Source of the DNA: Neophaeotheca triangularis
Taxonomy: Eukaryota
Assembly (NCBI GenBank): GCA_054600435.1
Contig: BAAIJX010000037.1
Location: 186,001 to 228,266 of the forward strand
Reading direction: 5' to 3'
Length of the DNA stretch: 42,266 nt
In this document: positions 24,584-36,175 of the stretch, piece after piece
Numbering within the stretch: the stretch's first letter is position 1
Layout of the letters: each line of letters opens with the position of its first letter
Notes under the pieces: generated by a model
What the model was told of the DNA's origin: nothing
Seen by the model: the letters and a program-made list of their open reading frames with translations, nothing else
Databases searched by the model: none
Translations under genes and position numbers: made by a program

Positions 24584-25552
24584 ATGTCGAAGACTACAAC
24601 AAGCCGTCCAAGGTCTTTCACAGGCTACGGAGAAAATCCTCCCAAGTTCGCATGGCCCGGCAAAAAGAGAGTTGCCATCAATCTCGCTATCGACTATGAA
24701 GAAGGCACCGAACGAAATCCACTCTTGGGCGACGGCGCCCGCGACTCGCGGACATGGGTTCGGAGTGCCCTCCCCCCTAGCGAAAGAGACCTCATGCAGG
24801 AGAGCGAATACGAGTACGGTACTCGAGTCGGCATCTGGCGACTTTGGAAGATATTCAACGACTTTGGCATTCCGTACAGTGTCTTCCTATCGTCGGAAGC
24901 GCTGACCGTCAACCCGGCGTTCGCCGAGCGATTGAAGACCGAAGACTGCGACATCGTCTCCCACGGCACTCGATCGATCAGTCACCAAGGACTCACTGAG
25001 GACTTTGAGAGAGAGGACTTACGTCGGTGCATTCAGCAGACAAAGGAGCTCACTGGAAAGAATATAGTCGGAGCCTTCCCTAGACCTCCAGTCACCGAGA
25101 ACAGTCGGCGGGTGATGGCGGAGGAGGGACTATTCTTCGATTCCGCAACCACGAACGACGATCGTCCGTGCTTTGACGAAGTGGCAGGTCGTCCGATGCT
25201 CATCCTACCATACGCTGTGGACACCAACGACGCACGGTTCTGGAGTGGGCAGTCCGGGCCCGGATACACCGGTTCGGCCGATTTTTTCGAGTACTTGAAG
25301 GATGCGTATGATGTGCTTAGTCGCGAAAGCGGGGAGAGCGCAAGCATGATGTCTATTGGCCTACATGCCCGTATCATGAGGCCTGGGCGAGTTGCTTCGA
25401 TCATTCGCTTTTTAGACTATGTTCAGAAGTCTGGGAATGCTTGGGTTGCCAAACGAAGTGACATTGCAGGTCATTTTGCGAAGCTGTTTGCGCCAGAAAA
25501 CACCTGGAATGTACCTCCTGAATCTTCCCGTAAATACCAGATTAGTCATTAA
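24584..25552 (+). CDS. Polysaccharide deacetylase (CE4) fold hydrolase, PuuE/allantoinase-like, intronless, no signal peptide
   Basis: PRSFTGYGENPPKFAWPG, IDYEEG, ESEYEYGTRVGIWRL, SHG, LPYAVDTNDARF, FFEYLKDAYDVL, MMSIGLHAR, AWVAKRSDIA. Confidence 0.85.
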   Translation: MSKTTTSRPRSFTGYGENPPKFAWPGKKRVAINLAIDYEEGTERNPLLGDGARDSRTWVRSALPPSERDLMQESEYEYGTRVGIWRLWKIFNDFGIPYSVFLSSEALTVNPAFAERLKTEDCDIVSHGTRSISHQGLTEDFEREDLRRCIQQTKELTGKNIVGAFPRPPVTENSRRVMAEEGLFFDSATTNDDRPCFDEVAGRPMLILPYAVDTNDARFWSGQSGPGYTGSADFFEYLKDAYDVLSRESGESASMMSIGLHARIMRPGRVASIIRFLDYVQKSGNAWVAKRSDIAGHFAKLFAPENTWNVPPESSRKYQISH

Positions 25553-26259
25553 CGTCAGGCATGTCTATCTCTATTCCAGACTCTTAGTGGGAGCCGCTGT
25601 TGCTTGGACGTGAATGCCATTAACGTACATGGTCGAGGTGCGAAAGACTCAACCTCGGCTAGTGTGTATACGCATTCACGAGGCGGTATGTGGACACACG
25701 TTGCGTATATCTTCAGCGTAGAATGGCAACATTAGTCTGTGTTGGCTGTTCATTGTCCGGCAATGATCGACACGCTGGAGTTTCGATGACCCTACCGGAC
25801 GCGGGACAGAGATGCTTCTAGTCGATCGAGACGATAACGGTCAATATCCAGGATGCAGAGCGGCTATGGTAGAAGCTCAGCCATCGAAAGCAGTCCGCAG
25901 TAGTCCTACGATCAGTAGCTCAGGTAATGGGCCGATGCCAATGTCTTGACGAAATCGCATGTTAGAGGAAAGATGAGAAAACCAATTGGCTCCCCATACG
26001 ACTAAAAGTCCGATGACCGCTGCTCACGCGCGACTTCGTTAGAACGATGGATGAAGAGTTATGAGCCAGGAGGGCGGACCCAAAGAGGAGTGAAGGGAAA
26101 GCCATACCAAGCTCAAAGGCGAACACCCATCGCGGCATACAACCTTGCGAAATAACCACCAAAGGCCGAGAGAACGGAATTACCTCCGTCATCACCGTCA
26201 CCGTTGTCATCCCACAAATGCTGCACGCCATCGCGCTAACCCATTTCCTCGCCAACAAG

Positions 26260-27854
26260 CTACCCCTTCACAATCTCACACTTATGCCCCCTGGGCGTGA
26301 TAAAGAGAACATTCCGAATCACCATACTCTCGGGCGTTGTGGAAAGCGCAAGCCTCGCCCCCGGGCACCGCCGAAAGAACTCCGCGGTCGCTAGCCGGAT
26401 CTCCATGACGGCGAGGTTCTGGCCTAAACAGTTCTTGGGCCCTGTGCCGAAAGGGGTGAAGACGGTCTGTGAAGGGCCTTCTAGATGATAAGCATGAGAG
26501 GCGTGAGATGACATCCAGCGTTCCGGGATGAATCTGTGTCTCTTATCAGCGGAGCGCACTTTGGGTAATGAGTAGGGTATGACTTACTCGTAGGGCTCAG
26601 GGTAGGCCACGGGATCGCGGTGGTAGCTGTAAGCTTGGGTCGTAACTGTGGTGCCGTCGGGGATGTGAAAGCCACCAAGTTCCATGCCACCGACGGGAAC
26701 AATGCGTGGAAGCCCGCCGGGAGCTCCGCCGTATAGACGTAGGGTTTCGTCGACAATGGCGTTTAGGAGTTCGAGGCGCTCGAGATCAGCGTCTTTGAAG
26801 TTTTCAGGGAGCCCCTGGACTTCTTCTTCAAGCTTCTCCTGCAGGTTGGACTTCGAGAGTACGGCCCAGACCAGGTAAGTCAGCGTGACGGAAGTAGTAT
26901 CAGTGCCGGCGATGACGAAGTTGCGGGCTTCGCAAGCGACGTCCAAGTCGTCCAGACCACTATCCTTGTCCGTCTCTGCCATCATAGAAGCGCACATATT
27001 CGCCTTTGGCTTTCCAAGTCTCAGCTCCCGCACAGCACGCTTCCCGTACTCGACACCCCAGTCGTTATCCCCTCTTCCCCACAACTGACGAAAAATACCA
27101 AAAGGTATCTTCTTCCCGACCCATCGCACCCACGGCATCTCAGCCCCAATCCCACCTCCTATCAGCACCAACTGCATCTGCTGTATATAATCACTCACGA
27201 CCCCTTCCTCCAGCGTGTGAAAAGACTCCCCAAACATCAACTTAGCCACCACGTCCGACGCCATAAATGTCCACCACTTAAGCACATCGACGGGGCAACC
27301 GAGCTCCAGACCCTCTCGGATCCGGGAAACTGCCAGCACGACACACTCTCGGACGTGCTCTTCCCAGTGCTGCCGCAAGTGGCTCTTACCGAACTGTTTG
27401 GACAACAGCCGACGCCTAGCCGCGTGCGCCTTGCCGTTCATCATGATAATGCCGTCGCGATCGAAATCACTCAGAGAGCGGTACCAGTCGCTCTTGTCAA
27501 AGACGGGGTTGATGCCGTGGATTTTCCTGTGCGCTTGGACATCGGAGATGGCGAGTTCATTAGGCCCGCAGCGAACGATGGGCCCGTAGTGCTCGTGCAA
27601 GGCGTGGATGTGGTGGATCCTTCTTTGAGAGACGACTGCTAGCTTTAGCGGGATGGTTGTGAAGCGAGCGTAGAGTGGACCGGGGATTTTATTTAACGGG
27701 TTGGCGAGCATCGACTGAACGTGCTGCTGTTTGCAATGTCAGAAACGAGTGTGATTTGAAAATATATGGAACTTGTTACAGAGACAGCCCAAATGATACA
27801 TAGCAGCGCGAATAGTCCGCCGGCGACGTTCACGGTAGTCAAAGGCGAGTCCAT
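26260..27854 (-). CDS. Cytochrome P450 monooxygenase (exons 27854-27780, ~27723-26588, 26533-26260)
   Basis: N-terminal anchor GGLFALLCIIWAVS, IPGP, AGTDTT I-helix, ETLR, PERW, heme motif FGTGPKNCLG. Confidence 0.93.
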
Positions 27855-28118
27855 TATGAGACACGAAGATTGTTGATACCCGGGACCGGTTTGTTCTCTT
27901 CGAAGAATTGAATGCGACGGACAAGGAGAAATCGGGAAAACTGAGGGGCTATCTCCCTACCAGAATATGGAGCTTGAAAGGAAAGCAATGGGTAGTATGC
28001 AACTAAATGCTGACTGCATGACCTGTTACGCCCCGCATGGCATATCAGTGCAACGGTGATTCTGCAATCATTGCTCAAAATACATCGCTACAATTTGCAT
28101 ACCTGATGCAGTGTAGCT

Positions 28119-29063
28119 TTATATCACATTCTGGAGCTGCTGTCCAGCTAGGTACCTCCTCAAATTAGTCGCAATGAGCTCTTCCGCTCCCTGCGGCCTC
28201 CCTCCTGCAGCATGCGGGCTGACAATGGTGTTGGGTGTTTTCCAAAGACGGCTGCTACCAGGCAATGGTTCAGTTGCAAATACGTCAAGAGCCGCACCTC
28301 CAATCTCGCCGGCTTCCAGCGCATTGGCCAGAGCTTCTTCGTCGATAGTCGTACCACGCCCAACGTTCACAACCCATGCATGGTTGGGCAGCATCTTCAT
28401 TCTCTGGGCGCCTAGAGCGTTCTTGGTCGACTCGGAGCCTGGGAGAATCATAACCAGCGCATCAGTGGTTGGTAGCACGTCTTGAAGCTGTGATTCGGCA
28501 ATGACTTCTATGCCGTCTCTGACGCCGCTGCTCCTTGCGATTCCACGCACATTAGCACCCATAGCTGTCAACCAGGGTGCCAAAGTCTTCGCAATGTTGC
28601 CGAATCCCCAGACGGTCACGTTCGCTCCTCGAAGAGAGGTGAAGCGATCTTTTGGTCGATCGGGCTGTGGTCCTCCGAGATGACCCGGCCACTTGCTCTG
28701 CAGTTGGTATGCCTTCATCTCATCAAAGCGTCTAGCGGAGCACAGCAGCAGCCCGAGAGTGTGCTCGGCGACAGTGTGATCGTGCAGGCCGGAACCAGTG
28801 GTGATGGTGACGCCCTCCTTGCCCAAGCCGGCGGTCAGGACATCGTTGGGTCCTGCGGCCAAGCTCTGGATCCACTTCAGGTTCTTCATGCGCCCCGCGG
28901 CATCTTTGAGGTTGTCGGCGGCGTTGGCCCATGTGACTAGGATCTCGGCATCGATCAGGTCTTCCGGGATGGGCTTCTTAGGATCGTAGGTGTGAAGGCT
29001 CGGGGCAAACCCCTTGAGCTGGTCCACGTCGATGGCAAGGGACGTCGGGTAGAGGAGCTTCAT
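28119..29063 (-). CDS. D-isomer-specific 2-hydroxyacid dehydrogenase, intronless
   Basis: WIQSLAAG, TVAEH, VWGFGNIA Rossmann motif, VNVGRG, AALDVFATEPLP, SPHAAG; likely start MKLLYPTS at 29063. Confidence 0.9.
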   Translation of the reverse strand: MKLLYPTSLAIDVDQLKGFAPSLHTYDPKKPIPEDLIDAEILVTWANAADNLKDAAGRMKNLKWIQSLAAGPNDVLTAGLGKEGVTITTGSGLHDHTVAEHTLGLLLCSARRFDEMKAYQLQSKWPGHLGGPQPDRPKDRFTSLRGANVTVWGFGNIAKTLAPWLTAMGANVRGIARSSGVRDGIEVIAESQLQDVLPTTDALVMILPGSESTKNALGAQRMKMLPNHAWVVNVGRGTTIDEEALANALEAGEIGGAALDVFATEPLPGSSRLWKTPNTIVSPHAAGGRPQGAEELIATNLRRYLAGQQLQNVI

Positions 29064-30043
29064 CGTTGATGGCGCGAAGGTGGGAGTGGTGAGTAGCCTT
29101 TTGGTTTCTTGTATCCGAGATGCCGCTATCCTTGCTCTTTGTGCGTGTCCGTCACTTTGCATCCGTATGATGCGAAAACTCCTATGATAGACTTGGAGGG
29201 GTTCCTGGTGCGTACGAGGGATTGAGGAGCGGGATATCAGGTTGAGAAGTGGGAGTGATTTTGCCATAGGAGGTCAACGTCGTCGAGACGGGTATAGAGA
29301 GTAGGAAGCGGCAATCGAAACGAACGAGATATGCGACTTCGGCCCGACGTCAAACGCCGACGACGGGACAGAATGGACGACGCCCGACCTCCACACCGGC
29401 CATGCTACCCTACCTACAAGTGCTACACCGGCGGCTCAGGTGACCCTACCATTACTCCAAAATGGTCCGCCGGACTATAGATTTTCACTACACCTAGCTA
29501 ATATAATTACGCCGACGGGATGCAGGCCGGGGAACAACAAGCCGGCGACCCTGAACTGAAACACCGGTGCCTGTAGTCAACGTCTACTAGATGCTCATAT
29601 GCCATCGTTACCGTCCCGAGGGCATGAGCAACACCCATACCGACGAGCCTATGGAACCTTTCGAAGCGTCACTTGGAAGAGTCTGGAAGAGGGAAAGGAG
29701 TCATCAAGACTGAGGAGCAGACACTGGACCAGAAGGCAATCCACATGCGAGGCCACGTGCGACGCCACAATGGACCATTGACGTCTTGCCATGAGCGACA
29801 ACTCTACTGGGGCTGAATTTTAGTAGCCCCAGCGCACTGAGATGTGCCTCTGGCACTCGATCAATACTCAATGGTTCTTCACCAAAGTCAATTCCTCGTG
29901 GTAGGTGTAGGGCAGGGAAAAGGGATCTCACGCTCATATCCTTGGACGAGCGAGCGGTTGTGGAGTAACGACGATGCTTTTCACGGTAAGTTGATAGAAC
30001 TTACAGCACGGCCAGCTTGCTTTGCTTAGTGGCATCTCTGATA

Positions 30044-31648
30044 TTACACTCCCTCCCTCTTCTGTTCATATTGCTCCGTCGTGCCCTCTTGCGACATGGC
30101 TCGCTGCTTATCCGTGTCCATCTCTCCCAATTTACCATTCAACTCATCTCCACAAGAGGCGCCGATCTCCTCGAGGGTTTTATTCCCAGTCTCGGGCAAG
30201 AAGAAGAAGTAGACTAAGCCAGCAACGCCATTTGTTGCGACATACAGCCCGTAGTACCTCCACGACACATCGCGGACTGCGAGCGGAGTGATCTGGGATA
30301 GAACTATTGCCACGGTCGCTTTCACGAATACCGCAAAAGCCAGGCCCTTTGCACGGAGCACCATAGGTAGCAGCTCACTTGCCACTACCCACAGCATGGC
30401 GTTGAAGAACACCGCGTAGAAAAATGAGAAGAGGAAGATGAACGCGATAGATGCTCGAGCACCGGCTTCGTTGTCCGTGGGTCCGTCGGCCCCGAATTCA
30501 GCACTCAGCGCCATGCAGATGACTAGCATGATCATGAGGACGATCTCGCCAGCCCACAAGGTTATCCGCCGGGGCCAACGGTCAGCGACGACTGTCAGAT
30601 AGAAGATGGCACCGAAGATGCCCATCATTCCATAGACCCCTGAGATGAGTAGGGCGGTTTGTCCAGTGAAACCAACTGCGTCGTAGAAAGTATTTTGGAA
30701 ATTCTGGATAATCTCCGCGCCGGAAAGCTCTCCCATGGTAACCAGAAATACAGCGAGAGAGGTGCGTCTTATATACCTCCGCCGGAACATCGACTTCACC
30801 GACTGAGCCCAAGACACGGAACCTTGCGTCCGTTCGAAGTGGAGTTGTTGCCGTATCTGCGACAATTCTTGCCCGGCCATATCTTCGTCGCCATGCAGTT
30901 TTGCTAGGACTTTCAAAGCGTCCTCGTGGCGGTCTTGTTGAACAACTGTGCGAATCGTCAGTGGTGCGTATGGCGCTGAATCATCGTTTCCTGAACTTAC
31001 GCCAACGTGGTGAGAACGGCACAAGAAACAATAACAATCCCATGACCACCGGAATTGGTATTTGCATGCCTAGCGGAACCCTCCATTGAACATGCCCGGA
31101 AGCAAACGAGCCACCATAACCAATCCAATTTGCGATGCCGAAACCAATCGCAATCATAAGCCCCTGAAGACCAACGAGGAATCCGCGTGCAGACGGAGGC
31201 GCAGTCTCGGCGAGATACATAGGCACGACGGAAAGGAGCTGACCGGAAGAGATTCCATTGATCAATCGTCCAACAATGAGCATAGCGGGGTGAACAGCAG
31301 CGACCTGCAAGACACCGGCGACGATGTTGGCGACAATCGATCCCTGGAGAGTTCTTTTGCGACTGAACTTGTCTGCGAGGTATCCTACCGTCAATCCGCC
31401 GATAGCCTGGCCTGCGTTATAGACCGAGACGATGGCGCCCGAGAGCTGGACATTTTCTTCCGAAGGCCCGTACATGTAACGCCGGAACGTATCATGGCCG
31501 AAGGTCGTCGCAACGATGCCTACATCGACCATGTCAGCCTTGCAATGCTGCAATGTCGCAGTCATCACGACGAACCAGAGTCCAGGCCAAAGATGAACCC
31601 TCTCAAGGCTACGATACAGCCGATCAAAAGTACGATAGGTCGAATCAT
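30044..31648 (-). CDS. MFS sugar porter family transporter (exons 31648-31576, 31519-31001, 30945-30044)
   Basis: GFIFGLDSG, ADKFSRK, VGRLING, VPMYLAETAP..RG, WRVPLGMQ, PFSPRWL, SELLP..LRAKG, PETGNKTLEEI. Confidence 0.9.
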
Positions 31649-32782
31649 TGTAAAGCTCGTCTGCTGATAAGAATGCGATAAAAGTCCAACTCTCTCGATA
31701 TGTTCAGCGAGACCAGCGTCTTTAAATACCTCCACCGCACCCATACCATTCGATGCCTACGCCTTCATGTCCTAACACCATGACGAAATCGACAACGAAA
31801 GCCGCAGGAGCATCGCTCCGATCTCAATCTCCAAGCACCAGCCCCAAGGTCTCCGACGACGTCAATTTTACCACGATCAGCAATCTCCAAGAACGGCCAA
31901 GGTCAACTCGGCACCTGGGTTCTGGGTTGGCCGTTCATCTGGGGTTGCGCACGCTTTCCCCACGTGCCCAGCCTACACGCGAAGAGAGCTTCCAAGACCG
32001 CCACGTCTATACACGTTACACCTCCCTCGGGCCACGCGATCAAGATGTACCGAGAGCGCGGTAGCATTGTCATCACTCGCCGCCATCGCCATCACTGTCT
32101 CTTTGCCAGTTCCGACTTCTGCGGTCGAATCTCACGGCGATCGAAAACAGGGCTGAGCCGGATCACAGTAATAGTAGACGTCCAAACGCCGTGTCACTAT
32201 CCAGCTGGAAGTGGAAGCCGCAAACATGTCCTTCTTACCAACAAATCAAGCGACTACCAGTTTCTGGACACGGGCATAACGGGGCCTGCGTAACTGCACC
32301 AGACCGACGCGATCCATCGGCTCTTCTTCGAGTTGAGCTGTGGGAATTCTCATAGCTTCAGCCTCCGAGAGCACGCTCAAGGCTTCGAGCCGCCGCGGAA
32401 GCGCGAGGCGTGTATTTCTTGCATGCAGCCCTACACGTCATGCTGCTGGACGGCACTTTGCTGATGAGTCGCTTTGCCAAATCGAGGAGCCTGGGCGGTA
32501 GTGAGAACGTGGAGTTCGGAGTTGGCAATCTTAGCTTTTGTCGAACGATGGGAGGCTACTGGCTCAGCATTCCCAAGGTCATGTCGTCGATTTGGAGGTC
32601 GAAGGTCGCAAGACTCAATGAAACGAAAGCCGTGCGAGGAGCATCACAGTCTAAGACTCTGTAAACACACCAAGCGTCATTCCTCGTCTGCAACGGTGCA
32701 TGGCAAGCGACTACTTCGGAGTCATCAAAGGGTTAATGGTGCTGAATTCTATTGGAAGACAATGGGCAACTTTGAATGTACA

Positions 32783-34972
32783 TCACCACTCCAACCGATC
32801 ATCACAAACCAACTCCACGCTTCCTCTCTCATCCCCCCTCCACACTCTTCCAGCATCATTCAGCTTCGCCACTGCGCGGCGTAAATCCGTAATCATGCTG
32901 CCTGGCCCCGAGGCAAAAACCGTTGTCGGTCCACTTACGGTACTGCTTGCAAAATCCCCTACGACATTCCAGATGTTGGGATGCCCGGACTGCGTGTGCG
33001 GGTGCCCTACCGAGAACCTGCGGGCTGGAGAGGGCGAAGTCGACGAGGGGGTCTCGAGCTGGTGTTCTGAGCTGGGGTTCGCGCCTTTTTCTGAAGCGGT
33101 ATGAGGGTTGCCGAGAGTTGGGAAGTCTGTGTTGGCGCCTTTCTCGCCGGCGAGAGTGTAGTCGTGTCCGCCTTCTAGTGTCCTTGAAGACACGTCCTCA
33201 CGAGTGACAAAGATGCTGATGGAGAGGTTGAGCCGCTTTTCCGCGGCGCGCAGGGCGTCGAGTTCACGCTTCGCCCACGCCATGTCCCGTTTACGACGCA
33301 CCATCCAGACGAGCGCAATCTTGCGCTGCAGTTGCGAGCCCACTAACGATGGGGCATTCATAAGGTGCAGGAGTACTGGCAACGCAAAAGTTATGCCGGT
33401 GCCGCCTGCGATGCAGAGAACGTTGGTGCTGTGGGATCGATCCAGCTGGGAGACGTGGGAGACGCCGTAAGGGCCTGTGAGAATGACGGGTGTGCTTGGG
33501 AGCGCTAACAGAGCGGAACTGGCGTTGGTGTCTGACTCTGACTCTGAGGGGTCCGAGGCTGCGAAGGATGCCAGCTTTGCGCTGGCGATTTCGGCGATCT
33601 TTTTCGTTTCGCCGCCTTTTGCGCGGAAGATGTAGCTGTGCTGTTGCATGTCTGTACTTGGGCCTGGTAGGCTGATAGGGGTCAAGGGGTGGGATTGCCA
33701 GATGGAGGATTCGGGGAAGGTGAGATAGAAGTGCTGGCCGACGTGCCACGGCGCGTGGTTCTGCACGAAGTCGAGGCGAACTGTATCGCCATTAGTCTCG
33801 TCTGGGAAATATTGGACCTGAGCTGGCGTCGGCTGGAAACCCATGGCGGTGGTGTTGTGAGGCAGGTACTGATAGTGGATGAGGAAACTCCTCACCAGCC
33901 GACCGATGCGGTCTAGAAACCAAAGCACCAGCGAAGCGATCAAGAAGCAGCCTAATCCGTCCCAGTGGGCGTAGCAGGCTCCCATGAAGACCGCTGCAAA
34001 GACATAGTGTATTTTGCGGAACACTTCGTAACCCGTCAGGCGGATTCCCCAGGGCAGCGAAAGGAAGAACATGACGCTGAGCAACACCATGGCCACAACG
34101 CCCCAGATGGCGTAAGGCTGCGCTACCCAGTTGTTCCAGACTTCCGGCTGTGGCTGGTAGAGATGTCCTTCAATGACTGCCCAGCCTATGGAGTGCATGG
34201 TAGATTGGATGTAGATGATGTAGCCGAGCCATCGATGGAGGAAGTTCAAGTTCTGGTAAGGAATACCGGTGATGAGGGTGATGAGAGATTCTCGGTTTGC
34301 AAGTAAGACCGAAAGCGGTATCAGCGCGTATGCCATTACGCCGATGCGGTCAGACCATGGGCCAAGAGAAGAGCGAGTGTTGTGGTGGTCCGAGTCCTCA
34401 ATTGGCGTAACCCAGATTTGATAAGAGAAGCCGACGAAGGTGAAGATGGTGAGATAGATGGAGAGGAGAGCCAGGATAAGTATCTGCAAGCGAATCGTTC
34501 GGCCGAAAAGCTTGCGCATTGGGGTCTCGATCAGAGTATGCCGTCTCGCAAAGGCGTGCGCGGATGCAGTGAAACGTTGCAAGGCGGACTGTCGTAGGGC
34601 CGGGTGCTCTCCGTTCCTCATATCCAGGTCCCGACGTGACGGAGATAGTCGCTTCGCCAAACCATATCCGAACACGAGAGCCAGAATGACAGCCCACATG
34701 ATGGCCACGAAGACCATACCCTGATCATGCGCAGCGTAGACTTCGTCCAAATACTCGCCTGCTGCAGTGTTAGTTGTGTCGGGCAGTGGCTAGGTAGGCA
34801 CTCTCGTGGATGACTTACAACTTCCCGCATCGTTTACACATGGCACCACACGAGTTGCGTATCCCCAGTGGTATGTAAAAGAAGTTGCTGCGGCATGATC
34901 TTGAATGTGCTGCCTTCGCCGCAACTCATGGTCGGGGGGGTCTTGCGACGGGGATGCTGGTATTTGTACCAT
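32783..34972 (-). CDS. Ferric/cupric reductase transmembrane component, FRE family (exons 34972-34819, 34758-32783)
   Basis: HWGYATRVVPCVNDAGSCEYLDEVY after splicing; heme His in LHRWLG...MHS and KIHY...YAH; FAD motif HPLTP; TGPYG; AGGTGIT; ASGPGSMITDLR. Confidence 0.92.
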
Positions 34973-35176
34973 GGTTGATGAACTTGATGAGGCCCACAGG
35001 TGTTGGTGGATGTGTAGTGCTTCGATGGCTGGGGGTAGGTATTGGAAGTCCCCATGGCTGCTCGTAGTGTGAAGGATAGGGTACTATTATAGATGGTAGC
35101 AAGACGTCTTGTCATTAATGCAGGCGTCTTTCCCAGGGCCATTTGAAGAAGGCTAGGTAGTTATTTTTCTCGGCAA

Positions 35177-35214
35177 AGTGCTCAAATGCGGCTGGATCTT
35201 CTTGGCTGAGCAAG
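35177..35214. promoter_or_regulatory. Inverted pair of Mac1-type copper-response elements in the FRE/CTR bidirectional promoter
   Basis: AGTGCTCA at 35177-35184 and TGAGCAAG (reverse complement CTTGCTCA) at 35207-35214; the core TGCTCA matches the Mac1 CuRE core. Confidence 0.6.
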
Positions 35215-35567
35215 TTTGAGTGCGTCGCTAAGGACTGATGCGCATACAATGGCTGCTCCCTGCTGATCGTGCTGGTTTTCAAGTGGCCAACAAACATGAT
35301 CTTAACACTTATCGTTGCATTAAGTAGTCAGTAACGTCTCCAGACCTTCGAAGCGACGTCGATCAACACTCTGTAGAAGCCATCGCACCTTGGCACGAGT
35401 GAGCGAGTTTATGCTTGGTTGTTGTCGAGACCCTTTCATACATATCCTGCAGTCAATCCGACTTGTAGGTTGCACTCCTCCTCTTTCATCAGAGTCTTGA
35501 GTCCTGCCTTGTCGTCCACAGTCCGACTTTACTTCTCCCGCCAAACTCACCAAGTTACCATACCATC

Positions 35568-36175
35568 ATGGACCACGGCGGAATGAACGAAGATGGGCCT
35601 GGGTGCCAAATCTCCGTAGGTCCAATTCTCCATCATCATTTATCGTTGCAGGGCGCTGATAAAAGCGGTAGATGCTCTGGAACTGGTATACGGTCGACGC
35701 TTGTTTCCTTTCAGAATCATGGTACATTGAATCCGAAGGCATGTTCGCAGCCTCATGCATCGGCGTCGTCTTCCTCGTAGTGCTGTTGGAGTTTCTCCGA
35801 CGACTAGGAAAAGAATACGACACGCACATGCTGCAGCAATTTCACCGACGCGCCACGACAGCCTTTACCGGTCAAGTCTCAGAATCCACACCAATGTCAC
35901 CTACCTGCCTCCAGCAATCAATCGTCACCTTTCGACCGACAGCGATACAGCAATGCATCCGGGCGTTGATTCACATGACAACGTTTGCGGTGGCGTACTT
36001 TGTCATGTTACTGGCCATGTATTTCAATGGATACATCATCATTTGCATCTTCATCGGCGCCTTTTTTGGGAAGTTGTTGTGCGATTGGGGGAGTGTCACC
36101 ATGGCCGTGGGAGCTTCCAACGGGGACGGGAAGAAGACGGCGGGAGAACAAGACCTGACCTACTGCTGTGGATAA
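35568..36175 (+). CDS. Ctr-family high-affinity copper transporter (exons 35568-35615, 35672-36175)
   Basis: MDHGGM...CQIS-MLWNWYTVDACF, LEFLRR, MLLAM (MxxxM), GAFFG (GxxxG), C-terminal CCG. Confidence 0.93.

Noticed and set aside
29064..29267. 68-codon upstream extension of the hydroxyacid dehydrogenase ORF
   Set aside because: No family similarity; looks like promoter/5' UTR, though a targeting peptide cannot be excluded
26260..31648. P450 + dehydrogenase + transporter as a secondary-metabolite cluster
   Set aside because: No PKS, NRPS, terpene synthase or other backbone gene in the window
31700..32780. Several 80-135 aa ORFs between the sugar porter and FRE
   Set aside because: No motifs, mostly non-ATG starts, overlapping frames
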